Below, piece by piece: positions 25,440 through 38,468 of a stretch of 64,000 nucleotides of DNA (positions within the stretch are counted from its first letter, which is position 1; each line of letters opens with the position of its first letter). The position numbers and the translations under genes are program-made. The DNA lies in the NCBI GenBank assembly GCA_000002445.1, contig CM000207.1:2624001-2688000 (forward strand), in the 5' to 3' direction. The notes below the pieces were generated by a model. The model was not told the DNA's origin and ran no database searches. It saw only the letters and a list, made by a program, of their open reading frames with translations. This stretch comes from Trypanosoma brucei. Lineage: Eukaryota.

Positions 25440-26871
25440 TTCATAAAATTGAGGAAAGCTGCTTAGAATGCAGCCAAAACTAACGCAGCAAATACCTGAG
25501 GAACAGAACCTCTCAAGTTGCTGGAAACCGACTTTTCATCTTTCTTTTCAGTATCAACTTTGGGAAAGCATCTTTAACCTCAGATTTTTTCTCATCAAAA
25601 TCACAACCTTTTTCTTCTTTGCAGGGTTTCTGTGTTGTATGCTTTTTGCACTCGTCTACAGCTTTTGTTTCTTTCTTTTCTGTTTTTCCTTTCACTTCCT
25701 CGCTGCTGGTGTCGCATTTCGGTACTGCGGGTGGTGAAGTTCCCAAAGCCACAGCCAATGCAACGCCCAGATGGTTATCCTCTTCTAGTTTCTTCAAGTT
25801 TTCAGTTGTTGCTTTTTTCGACTCGTAGTAAGTTGCCGTTTGTTTTTCCGCGTCCTGCCAAACCTGTTTGTTGAAGGTATCTTGGTCGCCGCCGAAAATT
25901 TTGTTGATTTCGTCATCTACTTTTGATGTCAGTGTCCCAGTTATCTCTGTCTCGGCTGGCATTGCGAGTAGCAGTCTCTCTACAAGGTTGAAAAACTGGG
26001 GGTGCCCTGTGCAGCTTTCTCGCACATGGGCTTCTGGGATATTGGTGAGTGCTGAGACGGCGGCGGATATGACTGTATGGTTTTCGTCCAGTTTGTCTTT
26101 GTCCACTCCGGTTAGTTTGATAGTGCCGGCGATTGGAATCTTCGCTGTTGTCCAGCTTTGTGGGCCGCTTGTTGCGGGCGGTGCTGTGTTGTGGTCTATG
26201 TTTAGCGTTACAGTGAAGATGTCGGTGGCGCTTGTGCCGCTGCACGCCACACCGCTTTTCGTGCACACGTGGCTTAATTTGAATCCGAGTTGTGGTTTCC
26301 TTAGCCCTTGTCCTTTTGCTAATGTTTCCACCGATATCGGCGGTGTGTCTTCAGCTGTTTTCGTTGTACACCCGGCTTCGACGTTTGCCGTCAGGCTTGA
26401 CGTTGTGTACACCGCGTCGCCGTAATGGGTGTTGGCGCTGGCGCCCGGTGTCACCGTGTACGTTTTTCCGCTCTGCGGTGCCCTCACTTCAGCGTCGTAC
26501 CCGCTGTACAGCGTGGTTACGAGTTTCAGATAGTGTCGGACAATCGGGCTGTTTTGGCTTAATAGTCCCGTCCAGCCGACTGCGCTATCCTGTGCTATGC
26601 CCGCTAATATCGCAAATTTGGCCTTTTGTATTCCGGAGGTCACTGCCGCGGCAACAGTTAGCTTTTCTGCTGCTTATGCCGACTCCGTCACTCTGCCTGC
26701 TGCCGTGTCTAGCAAGCCGCTTAGGTACTTTATCAGTTCCTGTGCTCGGTGCCTGCAGTTGCAGGGGTTGGTGCAATCCGTGCGTTTTTCTGCCGGCTTT
26801 GTTGCCACCGCAGCTTGGCCTAAGGTTGCAGCGCACGCAACAAGAATAATGCTTGTCAACAAATAGCACAT
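25440..26871 (-). pseudogene. VSG (B-type N-terminal domain) pseudogene with a frameshift between the signal peptide and the body, and no in-frame GPI tail.
   Basis: ORF 26674-26871 has the signal peptide MCYLLTSIILVACAATLGQAAVA. ORF 25513-26643 (376 aa) carries the B-type motifs …QVWQDAEKQTATYYESK… and the CTD cysteines …KAVDECKKHTTQKPCKEEKGCDFDEKK…. Confidence 0.8.
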
Positions 26872-29124
26872 GTGGTTCTTTAAATGTATCCCTTGATGAT
26901 TACGTCCACAGTGGTGTCTGATCTTTAACTAGACTGGAAGCCGAGTTAGTATGCAGTAATTCACCTAGATATTTGTGTATTTCTAAGGTTATTTTAGCGT
27001 AAAATTTTGGTTTTTATCGACTGGTTAATTTCTTGTCGCAGATTAGCTTCCATTTTTAGCTACTTCTTTTTGATGCTGCTTGCAGTGAATATTGGATAAT
27101 TCTGTCTGTTTTTTTGTAGTTTTATATCGTCAGCATACTCTGAGGCTTCGGATTTTTTCTCAATGGACCTGCTGGTTTGGGGCTAGTCAGTTTGATGCTC
27201 GCCACCTTGTAGTTCACTGGCGGCTGCGTCACTGTTTATGCTATATCGTTTGTGTTTAAGCTCTGTGCTCTTTATTCACTGTTATTTAAGCAACCTAGGA
27301 AGTTTTTTGGTTCCGACGTATGTTGAATTTCCTGCCATGACTGATTTTGTCGTTTGCAGTCTCACCGTGAGCGTCTGTTTCAAAATGGTCCCCTCTCCTC
27401 TGAGAAGAAACTTTTCCCAAAATTACGTCTTTTTGCCTTCATTTTTAGCTTTTTCTTTGCCTACATTTTTTGTAAGATAATTTTGTAACTAGCGTCAGTT
27501 TTTGTGGCACATAGAGTTGTCTGATTGGACCGCCAGGTTAACAGGTTGCTTTTTGTTTTTTCAGTTGCCGCCGGTTTTTCGTTGTCCGTCGTTGTTTGAG
27601 CACTTCCATTGATAGTTTTGTGCGAAGTGAGTTTTTCCGCATGTCCTGCCGCATCTCTTATCGTTTGTGATCACTTTTTCTGAGGAAGGTGCCGTTTTGA
27701 CGGTATTTTGTGTCTTGTAAGCTGCCAGTGTGTTGTATTCTCCGTCTTGGTTTGTTGCTAGTCGCGTCGTCTTTTCCAGCTTAAAGAGACGTACAGCGTT
27801 GGATTTTGTCGCTGCGGCTTCTCTTTAAGTTGGCAACGGGGAAGCGGAGTCTAGTAGCTTGTTCGCGTGCCGGATTTCCGTACAAAAGTCACTCGCAGCT
27901 GTTTCTTCCGTTGACCTTCCTACATCGCTGATGGTTAATAACGGAATAAAAATTATCGCTAATTGCGGATACCGTTGGTGGAACCTTTTTTGTAGTTTGT
28001 TATTTGCTAGTGTTCTTCTTCGTCTGTCGATCCTGATGATTTCTTTCCTACTTTCTTACTTTTTATGGGGCTTATTTCTGAATACTGGTTGTCGTTTTTA
28101 CACAACAGCTGAATGGTGCGCCCACGGGCCTATCGTCTTGAATGTTTAGTAGTACCAAAGCAGGGCTATATTATGATCTTCTTCGGCTGCTGATGTGTAG
28201 ATATGAGATGAATTGTGTTTCAGGATATTGGGTTTGCCGTTCAGCTTCTGATTGTGGCATGTTAATCTGTCGTATTACCGTATTGATTAATATTAGTTCT
28301 GCTAGCAGCTAACTAGACGCTGGTGACCCCTCTTCGATGTTTATCTCCTGCTTGATACTCTTGAGCCGCCGTCATTTGCGGCGTCTTTTAGGCCTAAGCT
28401 TGCGATAATCTTTTTCCGAGAAAGTCTTTGTGGTCTGGCTCGAGCCTCACACACAAGTCTTTAGGTTGTGCTTTGTGTCTTCGGTATATTGAATAGCAAC
28501 TTCCACAGGACAATATTACTATGTTTGTAAGAGTTTTTTTACAGTGATATCCTTTTTTTCTAAAATTACATTTATGCTCCTTCCTTATATGCTCTTCTAG
28601 CCGCCCCACCCGTAGAAAACACACATTAAATCTATGAAGTGACACCCTCCATCAGATAGCGGTTCATATCACGATTTGCAATCATAATAAAAACTACAGG
28701 GGTACACAATGTGCAATGCTGCATATATCAATTTTTGAGTAAAATAAGGATCATTATTGTCTCCTGCCCATCTTATTAATAATTTATTATTTTCCTTTCT
28801 TTCTATTTTGTCGTTTCATTCATATTTTTTATCTTCTTTTTCTCTCCAGCTCCTTTTTTTCGAAACATATAGCTAACTCGCTTTGTATGTACACTAGATT
28901 TTGTCTTTACATTGTTATTCACTCAATCATCTTGTCGTATATGATAATACCCATTGTCATGTTTTTGACAAATGGTATACTTTATATTCATATCTTCCTC
29001 TCTGTCTTTCTGCATCCCTGTTTATAATATTCCTTGTGCTCTCCCTTTTTCAATCACTGATTTTCTTTTAACCCTCATCATAATTTTAAATGTCTCTACT
29101 TTTGCTGTTCATTCGTATTTTCCA

Positions 29125-29215
29125 CCACTATTATCATGAAATTAGTATATACACAATTATGATACTCTCATATCATCATGACAATTATTATTATTATTAT
29201 TTTAACCTTAACTAC
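29125..29215 (-). repeat. VSG 70-bp repeat, reverse-complement orientation.
   Basis: attagtatatacacaattatgatactctcatatcatcatgacaattattattattattatttta. Confidence 0.7.
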
Positions 29216-29479
29216 TATCCATAAAATGAACAATACAAACTAACTTAGAATACCAATCATTTTTCACACCGTATTACGCTACTTTTCTACACATTCACCG
29301 CTATAATGCACGGTTTACTAAACTTTTATACCTTAAAATAACTTTGAATTTCCACTAATTTGTACATTTTCATGAAAAACTGTAAAAATGAATCAAATAT
29401 AGCAATTTTATAAAATGTTCTCTAAATCACAAATTACATAATTTTCATAAAATTTGTCAAAACATCCTTTATGATATTT

Positions 29480-30871
29480 AATCATAGAAATAAGTCGAGA
29501 AAAAGAGGAGCCTTAACGACAAAAGAACTGTTACCTGTGGTGTTAGTGTTTTTTTCTTCCTTCTCCCTTTACTTTTATCGTATCTTTAAGTTCGCACTTT
29601 CCGTCTTTGTGTTCGCAATCTTTGTCCTCTGTGCATTTAGTTGCTTCAGTGTTTTCCTTGCATTTTTCTGTTGATGACTTGATTTGTGTCTCGCTGCTTT
29701 TTCCCTGACCTTGTGGGTAGTTCTGTGTCCTCTGAAATTTTGAAAAGCCGGTTGCTACAGCTGCTGCTGCTTGAGTGTCTCCGTTCAGCTGTGATATGTC
29801 GACAGTCTGGTCGTCTTTTCCACTGTAGTACGTCGCTTTTGTTTTTTCTATTGCTTGCCATATCTTGGTTTGAAACTCTGTCCCATCTTCTTTGCCATAG
29901 TATTTCCGGAGCGCTGCGTCGAGTGCCGCTTTGCTGGTTCCGGTTAGATCTGATACCGGCTTGTCGCTGACAGCTGTTCGGTACACCAGTGTATTGAAGT
30001 CACTTGAGGCCGTGTATGTTTCTAGGGCTGTGAGGTCTCTGTGGCTCAGTAACGCCGCAGCTGCCTGAAATGCTGCGCTGTGCTTGGCTTGTAGTTCTGA
30101 CGTTGTCAAATGTGACAGCTTGATGTTAGTTATGCCTATTTTTTGGTGGATTTTCCCGGTTATTTGTCCGCCCGCATGTGTGCTGGTTGTGTGCTTGAAG
30201 TGAGCGCCGATCGTTACTTTGTCGCTTGCTACGTTGTTGCAGGCGCCACTGCCCCCTTGGTTCGTGCACTTTAGTGTTGTTTCCATTGTCAGTTCAGTTA
30301 CCTCGATTCTCTGATCGAAAGTGAAGACTAAGTCCTCGATCGGTGTTTTGTCATCGTCTTCCGTGTTCCCGCAGCTGCTTCGCGTTTTCTTGTTGTGGTT
30401 GTTAGCTGCAAACGTGGCACTTACTAGCGCCGAAACTGCAGCTTGCGTTATAACAGCAACGTCGTACGCGGCAGCTACATAATTGAGTTGGTCGTATAGT
30501 ACAGCTACTTCCTTTAGGCGTTGCAGGTGATCTTTAACTTTGGGGAGTCGTGTTTCGACCGTCCTTGCGTACTGTGCTGCTTTCGTGACTGCTGTCGCTA
30601 GCAGGGGTGTTAATGCTCTTTTCAGCTCTTTGTTTCCGTTTGCAATTCCCAGTAAGAGTTTTTCGATTGTGGCGGCGTCCTTTTGTAAATTCTTTTGTGC
30701 CGCTTCAGCTGCAGCTCTCAGCCTGTCTGCGAGTTGAGCTATTCGTGCAAGGCACTTGCACGGACAGCCGCACTGCTCTCGGGCAGCTGATTGTTTTACT
30801 GCGCTTGCCGTTGGTGCTCCGAGCAGCCACACCGTGTACAGTATGATTGGTGTCGGTTTCGGTGCGTTCAT
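29480..30871 (-). CDS. Near-intact VSG (B-type), 442-aa ORF with signal peptide. The GPI-signal tail is in the +1 frame.
   Basis: MNAPKPTPIILYTVWLLGAPTASA…TKIWQAIEKTKATYYSGK…CKENTEATKCTEDKDCEHKDGKCELKDTIKVKGEGRKKH*. Translating the minus strand of 29480-29545 in another frame gives TTGNSSFVVKAPLFLDLFL, so there is one frameshift near the C-terminus. Confidence 0.85.
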
Positions 30872-32595
30872 TGCTGATTTTTTTCGGTTACTTTTTCTTT
30901 TGGTTATTGAGAGCTTCTTTGGGTTAGGTTTCTTTTTTTGTTTCCTTCCGTGGTGTGATTGGGAAAGTGGTGCTTCGGCGGTCTTGGTTAGAACAGCCGC
31001 CGTTACCTGGCCGCTGGGGCCATAAGAGAATCCTGCTTAGTGTATGGTGTCTCTGGCTCGTTTCTGTTGGCAGCTGCTGCTCGTATTGGTTATAAGAGTT
31101 CAGCTAGCTTTCTTATGTTGATGTGCCGGCTCCGGACTTGCAACGAGTCACTTGCGTTTCTTTTTGTTAGATTGGTAAACAATTAGCACAGTTATTTGAA
31201 TATAGCTGTTTTAATCGCTTCCTTAGGAATGTAGCTTGTCTAATGGATAGGCGTGTTATCACAATCAATGGCGACGTTGTAACTTTCTGAATTCTTAGCC
31301 AACTAGGCATTGGTTGATAAATTAAGTAAGACCGTGGATAATAACTTAAATAAGTCAAAGGAATTTCATTTTATCCCGTTCTCGCCGGATACACTTCTAT
31401 TGAGCTGGTTTTGTAGCTGAGAATCACTGGTGTGAAGACCGTTTCCTGCGTGCACCGGTATTACTCCGGCGCAAAAATAGTTGCAGGCTTGTTGTAGAGA
31501 CTATTTCAAAGGTGTTCTAGCGTCGCTGTTTTATGCCTTTGTGGTTTAAGCGACTCCAGATAGAAGATTAGCACAATCAGTTATTTATTTATTGCTAGCC
31601 AAAAGACCAAGCAGCGTTACAAGTAAACACGCCATATATAGGCTACTATAGTTAGTGATGTTGTTGGTTTGTTGGCTTCACTTGTTGACCAGTCTCAGTT
31701 TTTCCACAATTGTAGGTAGCTCTGCCGTTTTAATTGCTTGAATTATCTTTTGTGCACGATCCCTGGCCAAATGTAAGCAAACTATTGTATAAAGTTGTGC
31801 AGCACTGTATTTTTTTCAACGTACATGAAAAATAAAAGAAAGAATGCTGATTTGGCTAATTTTATTGTTTACGGTAAAAATAACGCAGTTAACACCAGAA
31901 ATATCAACTTTTAAATCTGTACTGTACAATGCTATATCCGTATATAAAAGATATATCATTTATGGTCAGTGCCTGCTTCTGTTGCTGTCCACCCCCTGTT
32001 GCAGCGATGGTTCTACAGTAATAATATAACGATGACACTTCGGTCATACGCATGACCTTGCTAATTGTTTAATACCTGTCGTGCCTGACCCTCATAGTAG
32101 TTTATAATGGAAATGTCTTTGGCTTTTTATTCGCCTTTTTGGTTTTATCGATGCCACCTCAGTGCGCATACTTATGTGAACTATACATTCCTTAAATGAC
32201 CTCAACCTTTTTCTATTGAGCAAGCATGGAATCGGAAAAGTACCACTATTGTTCATTTTTACTTTATAAAGCTTTGCTGAGGGGTTCAATCTCCCGGTTA
32301 CTCTCCATGAGAATTCTTCGAGTTTGCACATTATTCAGAGACCCCTTCTTTTGTTAATACCATCTGTAACGTAAAAGATGTACTAAGAGTGCAATCTGCA
32401 CTTTGCGTATACCTTGTTTTCGACTAATTCATCTCCATGTTTAAGATAACATACATCGTCATATTAGTGTTTGATACTGTATATATTCCCTCCCCATATA
32501 TCGCTCTTCTAATTATTTCTCCCCTACTATTACTACAAGTGCATCTATTTTATCATTATCATACACATTTTGCACTTGCCCTATTCCAATATCAG

Positions 32596-32765
32596 TACAC
32601 ACACACACACAGAACATTTTTCTCTTATTATTATTATTATTATTATTACTATTATTATTACTATTATTATTATTCTCATCCTCATTACTGCTCTTATTAT
32701 AATATTAGTATAGTCACACTCACAACATACTACTATTACTACTATTTCTAATACTCTCATACCCT
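32596..32765 (-). repeat. 70-bp repeats with a long (AAT)n tract, reverse-complement orientation. They form the outer end of the left inverted-repeat copy.
   Basis: …ttattattattattattactattattattactattattattattctcatcctcattactgctcttattataatattagtatagtcacactcacaacatactactatt…. Confidence 0.8.
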
Positions 32766-33901
32766 AACTAATATCCGTAAAATCGACAAAAACTAAAAAA
32801 AAAGAATGTTGCTTATTAGTACACGCATTTCATACACTAACATCATACTTTACACCTATAGACTACTATTATATTAAAATTTTGTATTTTTAATATCTTT
32901 ATCATTTACACATCTTCATAAATTTTAAAATTGAGCAAAAAATTCACTAGAAGTTTCAAAATACCACACAACTCATAAAGACAATTATAATCAGAAATAA
33001 TTATTATTTACAAGGAACCTGTAGTCTTTGAAAGCATTATTTTCCTATTTTCAATTGCTAGTGCAATCTCTCTGTTGGTTATATTTGCATTTTGAAGAAG
33101 TTTGCGTCCCTTCAGTTCCTGTTTGTATTGCTGTTTTCTATATTGCTTTCGTGTTAGATTTGCAGTTTTTTCCATCCTTCTCACTTTTTTAAAATTTTCT
33201 TCGTGCCTTCGTGGGAGTTTCCCCCCACTGGCGCGACCATCAGCCATCACCGTAGAGCCCTGAGATGCTATCGGTCTGGCGACTGTGGCAGAGTCTCCCT
33301 TTTTTATTCAGCCTAACACACTCTCTATAATTTTTGTTGTAGCTCCGCAGTTGAACGGAATACAGCAGATGGGGCGAGAAGCCACCCAACCCGGACTCTC
33401 CCAAAGATGTCAATTAGCAACCCTTTTGTTTTTATTTTTGTTATTCGTTTATTATTCTCTCCCCCTCTTTCTGTTTTTGTTGCTTGTTGACTGCATACCC
33501 CCTCTGTCTCTGAGGGTGTCTGGACTATTCCTGCGTCCGGTGCTTTTCCTGCTAGCTCCACACTCGGCAATAAGGGGGAAAGTTGCAGAAAGGAAAGTGG
33601 GTTGTATAACTGTTACATTAGGGGAGGACTTCACATGCGGCCGGTTCCGTTCAACCGCAATGAGAAATTGCGCCAGCCTTTTAGAGAATCATACATCCTG
33701 CACACACACACCTTATACAGCTAACCTGACACGTAGTTCCTTCAAACCGGGACAGCTCATCAGGTGCAGCGACGTTTCTTCGCAGTCGCCGCGTTGTCTG
33801 GTAACAGCGCGCTCTACCTTCATACCGTGCATCTTATTTTGATGGAGGGTGAGGCCAGTTTTGCTAGCACACTGCCTTCAGCATGTCGGGCACACCAACA
33901 T
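32690..33901. repeat. Left copy of the ~1.2-kb inverted repeat: 70-bp repeat, VSG 3'-end fragment with 3'UTR, and the first ~650 bp of the ingi.
   Basis: This span is the reverse complement of 38403-39615. Plus-strand ORF 33285-33842 (…LFLFLLLVDCIPPLSLRVSGLFLRPVLFLLAPHSAIRGKVAERKVGCITVTLGEDF…) is nearly identical to minus-strand ORF 38469-38873. ORFs 33008-33250(-) and 39061-39303(+) are the identical 80 aa. The match ends at about 33901 on the left and 38403 on the right. Confidence 0.9.
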
Positions 33902-36103
33902 GGATGTGTTTGTATGCGGGGAATCAGTGGCACACAATTTTGTGCTTTTGCTGCATTTAAGCTCGACTCCCTCACCTTTGTGGAAAGCCTTACAGTGTCG
34001 GATGAGAGAATCCCTGCAACTGAGCACTTTTTGACACACACCACACTGCACCTCTCCTTTCCCAGTGGCGTCAACGTTTTCCTCACGGGCACGCTTACGA
34101 GGGAATTGCACCACCACTACGGTACCGTCCTCCATCACTATGCTCTTATGTTTGAATTTCTTGTGTAGTGACCGGGAAGAGCGTGTACCGAAGCTCGTCT
34201 CGCACAGGTCACATTGAAACGGCAGCTTCCGTGTATCCTGAGAGACTGGCGCTGCTGGGGCTCTACCATCTCCTTGCAATGAGTCCTCGTTCTCTCGCCC
34301 CCTTTTCACGCGGCAACTACCGCTACCTATGCCATGTATTGTTCTAAGGTGGTGTAGTAGTGGGCCTGGTACTGCGAATTTGGAGGCACAGATGGTACAA
34401 TGAAGCACCTGCGGTCTCATCGGGACTCGTGTGCTCGATGGTAGAGGAACGATCGCCACCACTGGAGGGGGCTCCGGGGGGATATCCACTGCGGGTGTTG
34501 CATCGCCGTATTTGATCCTCCGGAGGGCATCAGCTCGCACAAAGCCATGTTTGTTTACCATGTGCGTTACAGTACTCGAGCGGCATTGGTATGTGGCATC
34601 ACATTCCGTACATTTGGTCGGTTCGGAGGTTCTCTGAAGAGTGCGTGTCGCAACAGTTGGGACTGTTTGTATTGTTGGCCCTATCGCTGCATGTTGTGGG
34701 TTGCACCATCGGCACTGTGGAGGCACACTCGGGTTGATCTTTCGCAACATCCATCCATAGTGTCTTGAAGACCCAACCCGAAAGCGTGCCAGTGCTGTTT
34801 CTTCTTCCCTCGTCAGTTCTTCTTTATGTTTTGTTGGAAAGTGGTTGCCCGTGATACCAAACCTATGAGTGTTCTCATGGACTTCTTCCGACCTAAGCAC
34901 TCGCTTCGCATAAGCAATGATGTCGGGGATCCATGTATCTCGCAACTGTGGTAAATCAGCGGCCTTTTTGGCCATTTCATCACAAACCTCATTCCGTTTC
35001 ACGCCACAATGGCCAAACACAAATTGCAGTCGGATACGTATCTTCCTTCTCTGAACTTGAAGCAGAAGCCTCCATAGTCGTCTTAGAATTGGGTCCGTTA
35101 CGGCTAGGGTGCCTGTCTGCAGTGCTGTTAACATTGACAGCGAGTCAGAGAAGATGGACAACCTGCTAGGTGTGCTTCTGTATGCCGGAAGCCATTTCAG
35201 CAGCCGTTGCAGTTCTATCTCTAATGCTACGCATTCCGCTCTGTAACTGCATGAGAGTTCCCCTGCTCCGGTTTTGGGTGCACAAATCAGCGTGTTGTTT
35301 CTATAGAGCAGGGCAGCTGCTCCGGACTTCTCACCGAGGGACACGGATCCATCAGTCCACAATTCGTAGTGCTCTCGCCGCGGTGGCTCCTTCCCCCTCC
35401 GTGCAAAATGTCGTTCAATCCACTTTTCGGAAGCCTCCCTTTTGACATCGTCAGGGTCATCAGCGCACACAGGCTTTATCTGCGTGTGAAATAGCGGTCG
35501 GCAGCTGTGGCGGAGCGTCGATGTCTCCAGTGGGTGCTCGCGTGGCTCAATGTGGAGAAGAGGGTACGACAGCATGATGCGGGAATGTTGGGCTCTGACT
35601 GGGTGTTTGCTGTGGTATACTTCTTCAGCACTGCGCCGCAAACATCCGCCTCGTGACTCACACATCAGCATGAATTTCATGCTGTGCACAAGAGTGGCCG
35701 TCTTGAGTGGCAGGAGGTTTGCTTCCAGCAGAGAGTCCTCTTTGCGCGTCCCATGCGGTATGCCGGCTATGATGCGACTGGCTTTGTGTTGTGCTGCTGC
35801 AAGGAGGTCGCGACTTCGTTCCGAAGCGTCCCAGTACCATACCTCAATGCCATACATGGTGTGTGCCTGTACGAGTGCTAGATAAAAAGCTCTCAGCACT
35901 TGTCGTCTTGGCCCCCATGTAGAAGCTGAGATGGCTGCTATCTGCAGTAGTCGGAAGTCCATCTTGCGTCTCGTTTCGGCCGCATGTGTTGCCATCCCCT
36001 GCAGACGCTGGAATGTTACTCCGAGAAGCTTCGGTGTCCTGTCAGCTCCTATTCTTTCGCCGTCCAGTTGCAATGTAAGGGGATGGCGCTCTGTACACCC
36101 CAA
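33878..36103 (-). pseudogene. ingi ORF, C-terminal segment: RT C-terminus, RNaseH-like region and C2H2 zinc fingers.
   Basis: Overlaps the upstream segment by about 60 nt in a different frame, so a frameshift lies near 36042-36103. Three C2H2 fingers are present. The stop codon at 33878-80 lies inside the inverted-repeat junction. Confidence 0.85.
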
Positions 36104-38462
36104 GAGTGTGCACTTTGTTTTTCGCTACGTTGACAGACATAAAGTACTCTTTTGACCACTGTAACACAACGTTTAGGCCGCATTGCAGTGTGTGGTTGAT
36201 GACATCCCTCTCTGTGTGCCTCGCAAGTAGCGTTAGGTCGTCTGCAAAGAATCCGTGCTGCAGTAACGGCACTTCTGCAAGGCGTTGGCTCAACGAGTTC
36301 ATGACAATAATGAACATGATTGGGCCAAGGACAGTTCCTTGTGGCACTCCTCGCTCAAATGTTCTGCTTCTGGAAAGCTTCTCCTTGAATCTCACTCTGC
36401 CAGTTCGGTTACTCAGAAATGATACGCACCACTTCACAATGTAGGGTGATACCTTCATTCTGTGCATTTCCCTCGCAATTTTGTCGTGGTCTACTGTATC
36501 GAATGCCTTCGCGTAGTCAACGAATACAGCACCCGTACGAGATTGGTGCGTGGGACGGCAGAGGGCAGCGCGGACGTGCAGGAGTTGTTCGAGTGTTGAG
36601 CATCCGGGGCGAAAGCCTGATTGCTGCGGCGTCAGCTGGGACTCAACAGTGTCTCTATGCCTCGCGGCAATTATGCGCTCCATGACTTTGCAGAGACAGC
36701 TCGTGAGCGTCACAGGCCTGTAAGAATCGAGGTCCTCCGCCTTTTTTCCGGCCTTCAGGATGGGGATGATAACACCAATCTTCCATGCAGGCAGCACGAC
36801 TCCCGTTCGTAGGCTCTCATTGAATAGCCTTAGAACAACATTCAGCGCTGTTCTGCCGAGATATTGCAGTGCCTCGTTGTATAAGCAATCAGGTCCGGCT
36901 GCGGATCCACTCGGAAGTAGTTTGATCGATCTCCGTAGTTCAGCCATCGTGATGGGACTGAACTCACTCGCTATCGTCTTTATGGGTGCTGGTGGGTGTG
37001 AGTCGGGGTGCCTTCTTGCACGGGACGAGTACAGTTTACTGAACCTCTCAGCTTGACGGTAGTCCGTGATGGCCGCGTTATCAACAAGTACCGCCAGTGT
37101 GGTTAGTGGTCGTGGCGCATATACCTTCTTGACAATGTGCCAACTGCAGCGGTCTGACACCGCAAGTCTGGAGCATAGCGTTCTCCATCTCTTCTTTGTG
37201 GTACGGTCCAGGATCTGCTTACGCGTGGCTACCAACATTTCCCTTCGGTGGGAGGGTCCGCATCCAGCGATCTCTTCATCGAGTTTAGTGAGCGTTGGTG
37301 TCCAATGTGGTGGCGTTGCTCTGCAGCCACGGGGGACGAACATCTTCGTCGCAATGCGGATGGCGGAGCTCAATTTCTGTTCCAGGGTGTTGACGTTCTT
37401 CTCTCTACCAATTTTCCTGCAGAGCTCGTCAACCTTGAGACGGAAATTCCTCCAGTTAGCTTTTAGCCATACGTACATGGGCATTCGAGGCCGCGTGCAA
37501 CTCAGTGCATCTGTGTCGTCTCCAACGATAACGTCGAAAAATATGTTATGGTGATCGCTATCGGGAGAATACAGCGATGTCCACGTGTACACTGTGCAAT
37601 TCCTTGACAGTGTCACATCAAGGGTAGATTCCCCGTGGTGGCGCGCGTACCTGGTGCACTCACCAGTGTTGCAGACCAGAAACTGGTTGTCAATGCACCA
37701 CTGTGTGAGGGTTTCACCCTTGGTATTTGGTGGGCTCGTGCGATCCCATGCCAACGCGTGTGCGTTAGCGTCTGCACCGATGAGCTGGGCACCGTCAGTT
37801 GTCAGAAGCGTATCTAGGTCAGTTGCCGTGAAGGTGTGTTTTGGTGGGATGTATGCCGACGTGACAGTCAGCGCCGTTCCACGTGCAAGGTGAATTGTTG
37901 CATGCACTTGTTCAATGCGACCAACAACGGCCATACCGGTCTCGACTAGTAAGTCCTCCCTCACTAGTATTGATACACCACCTCCTTTGCAGTTACGAGC
38001 TATTCCGTGATGTTGGTAGCCAGCAACGCTAAAGCAAGCCTCCTCTCCAAGCGTCATCCTTGTCTCGCTCAACAGACAAAAGGCGATCCGCTCATCAACA
38101 AGGGTTTTGTGGAGTGCTAATCTCTTTCCTTGAGATAGCCCGGCGCAGTTCCACTGCATCCCGCGCAACGACGGGCCGGGATTCTCTTCCACATCACCGG
38201 ACAGCAGCATCTTAGTGCGGATGATACTGCTGATGGCACGCTTTGACGTGCCCAGGGACCGACAAATGAAAAACGGTGTCCCAGCAAGACGCTGCTGATC
38301 CCTGTGCTGTATCATCGGGGAAAGCCAAGAGGCAGCAGTGTTTCCCATGAAAGGAACGCTGCTAGCTCTTGGCTTCCCCCGATGATACGGGGTACTGGAT
38401 CCTGGCACCACGTTGAGGTGCCTGACATGCGGAAGGCAGTGTGCTAGCAAAACTGGCCTCAC
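36042..38462 (-). pseudogene. ingi ORF, middle segment: 2A-like peptide, AP endonuclease and reverse transcriptase.
   Basis: …TKMLLSGDVEENPGPSLRGMQWNC… is a 2A-like D(V/I)ExNPGP motif encoded at about 38173-38199. Endonuclease and RT motifs are as listed for the element. Confidence 0.9.
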
Positions 38463-38468
38463 CCTCCA

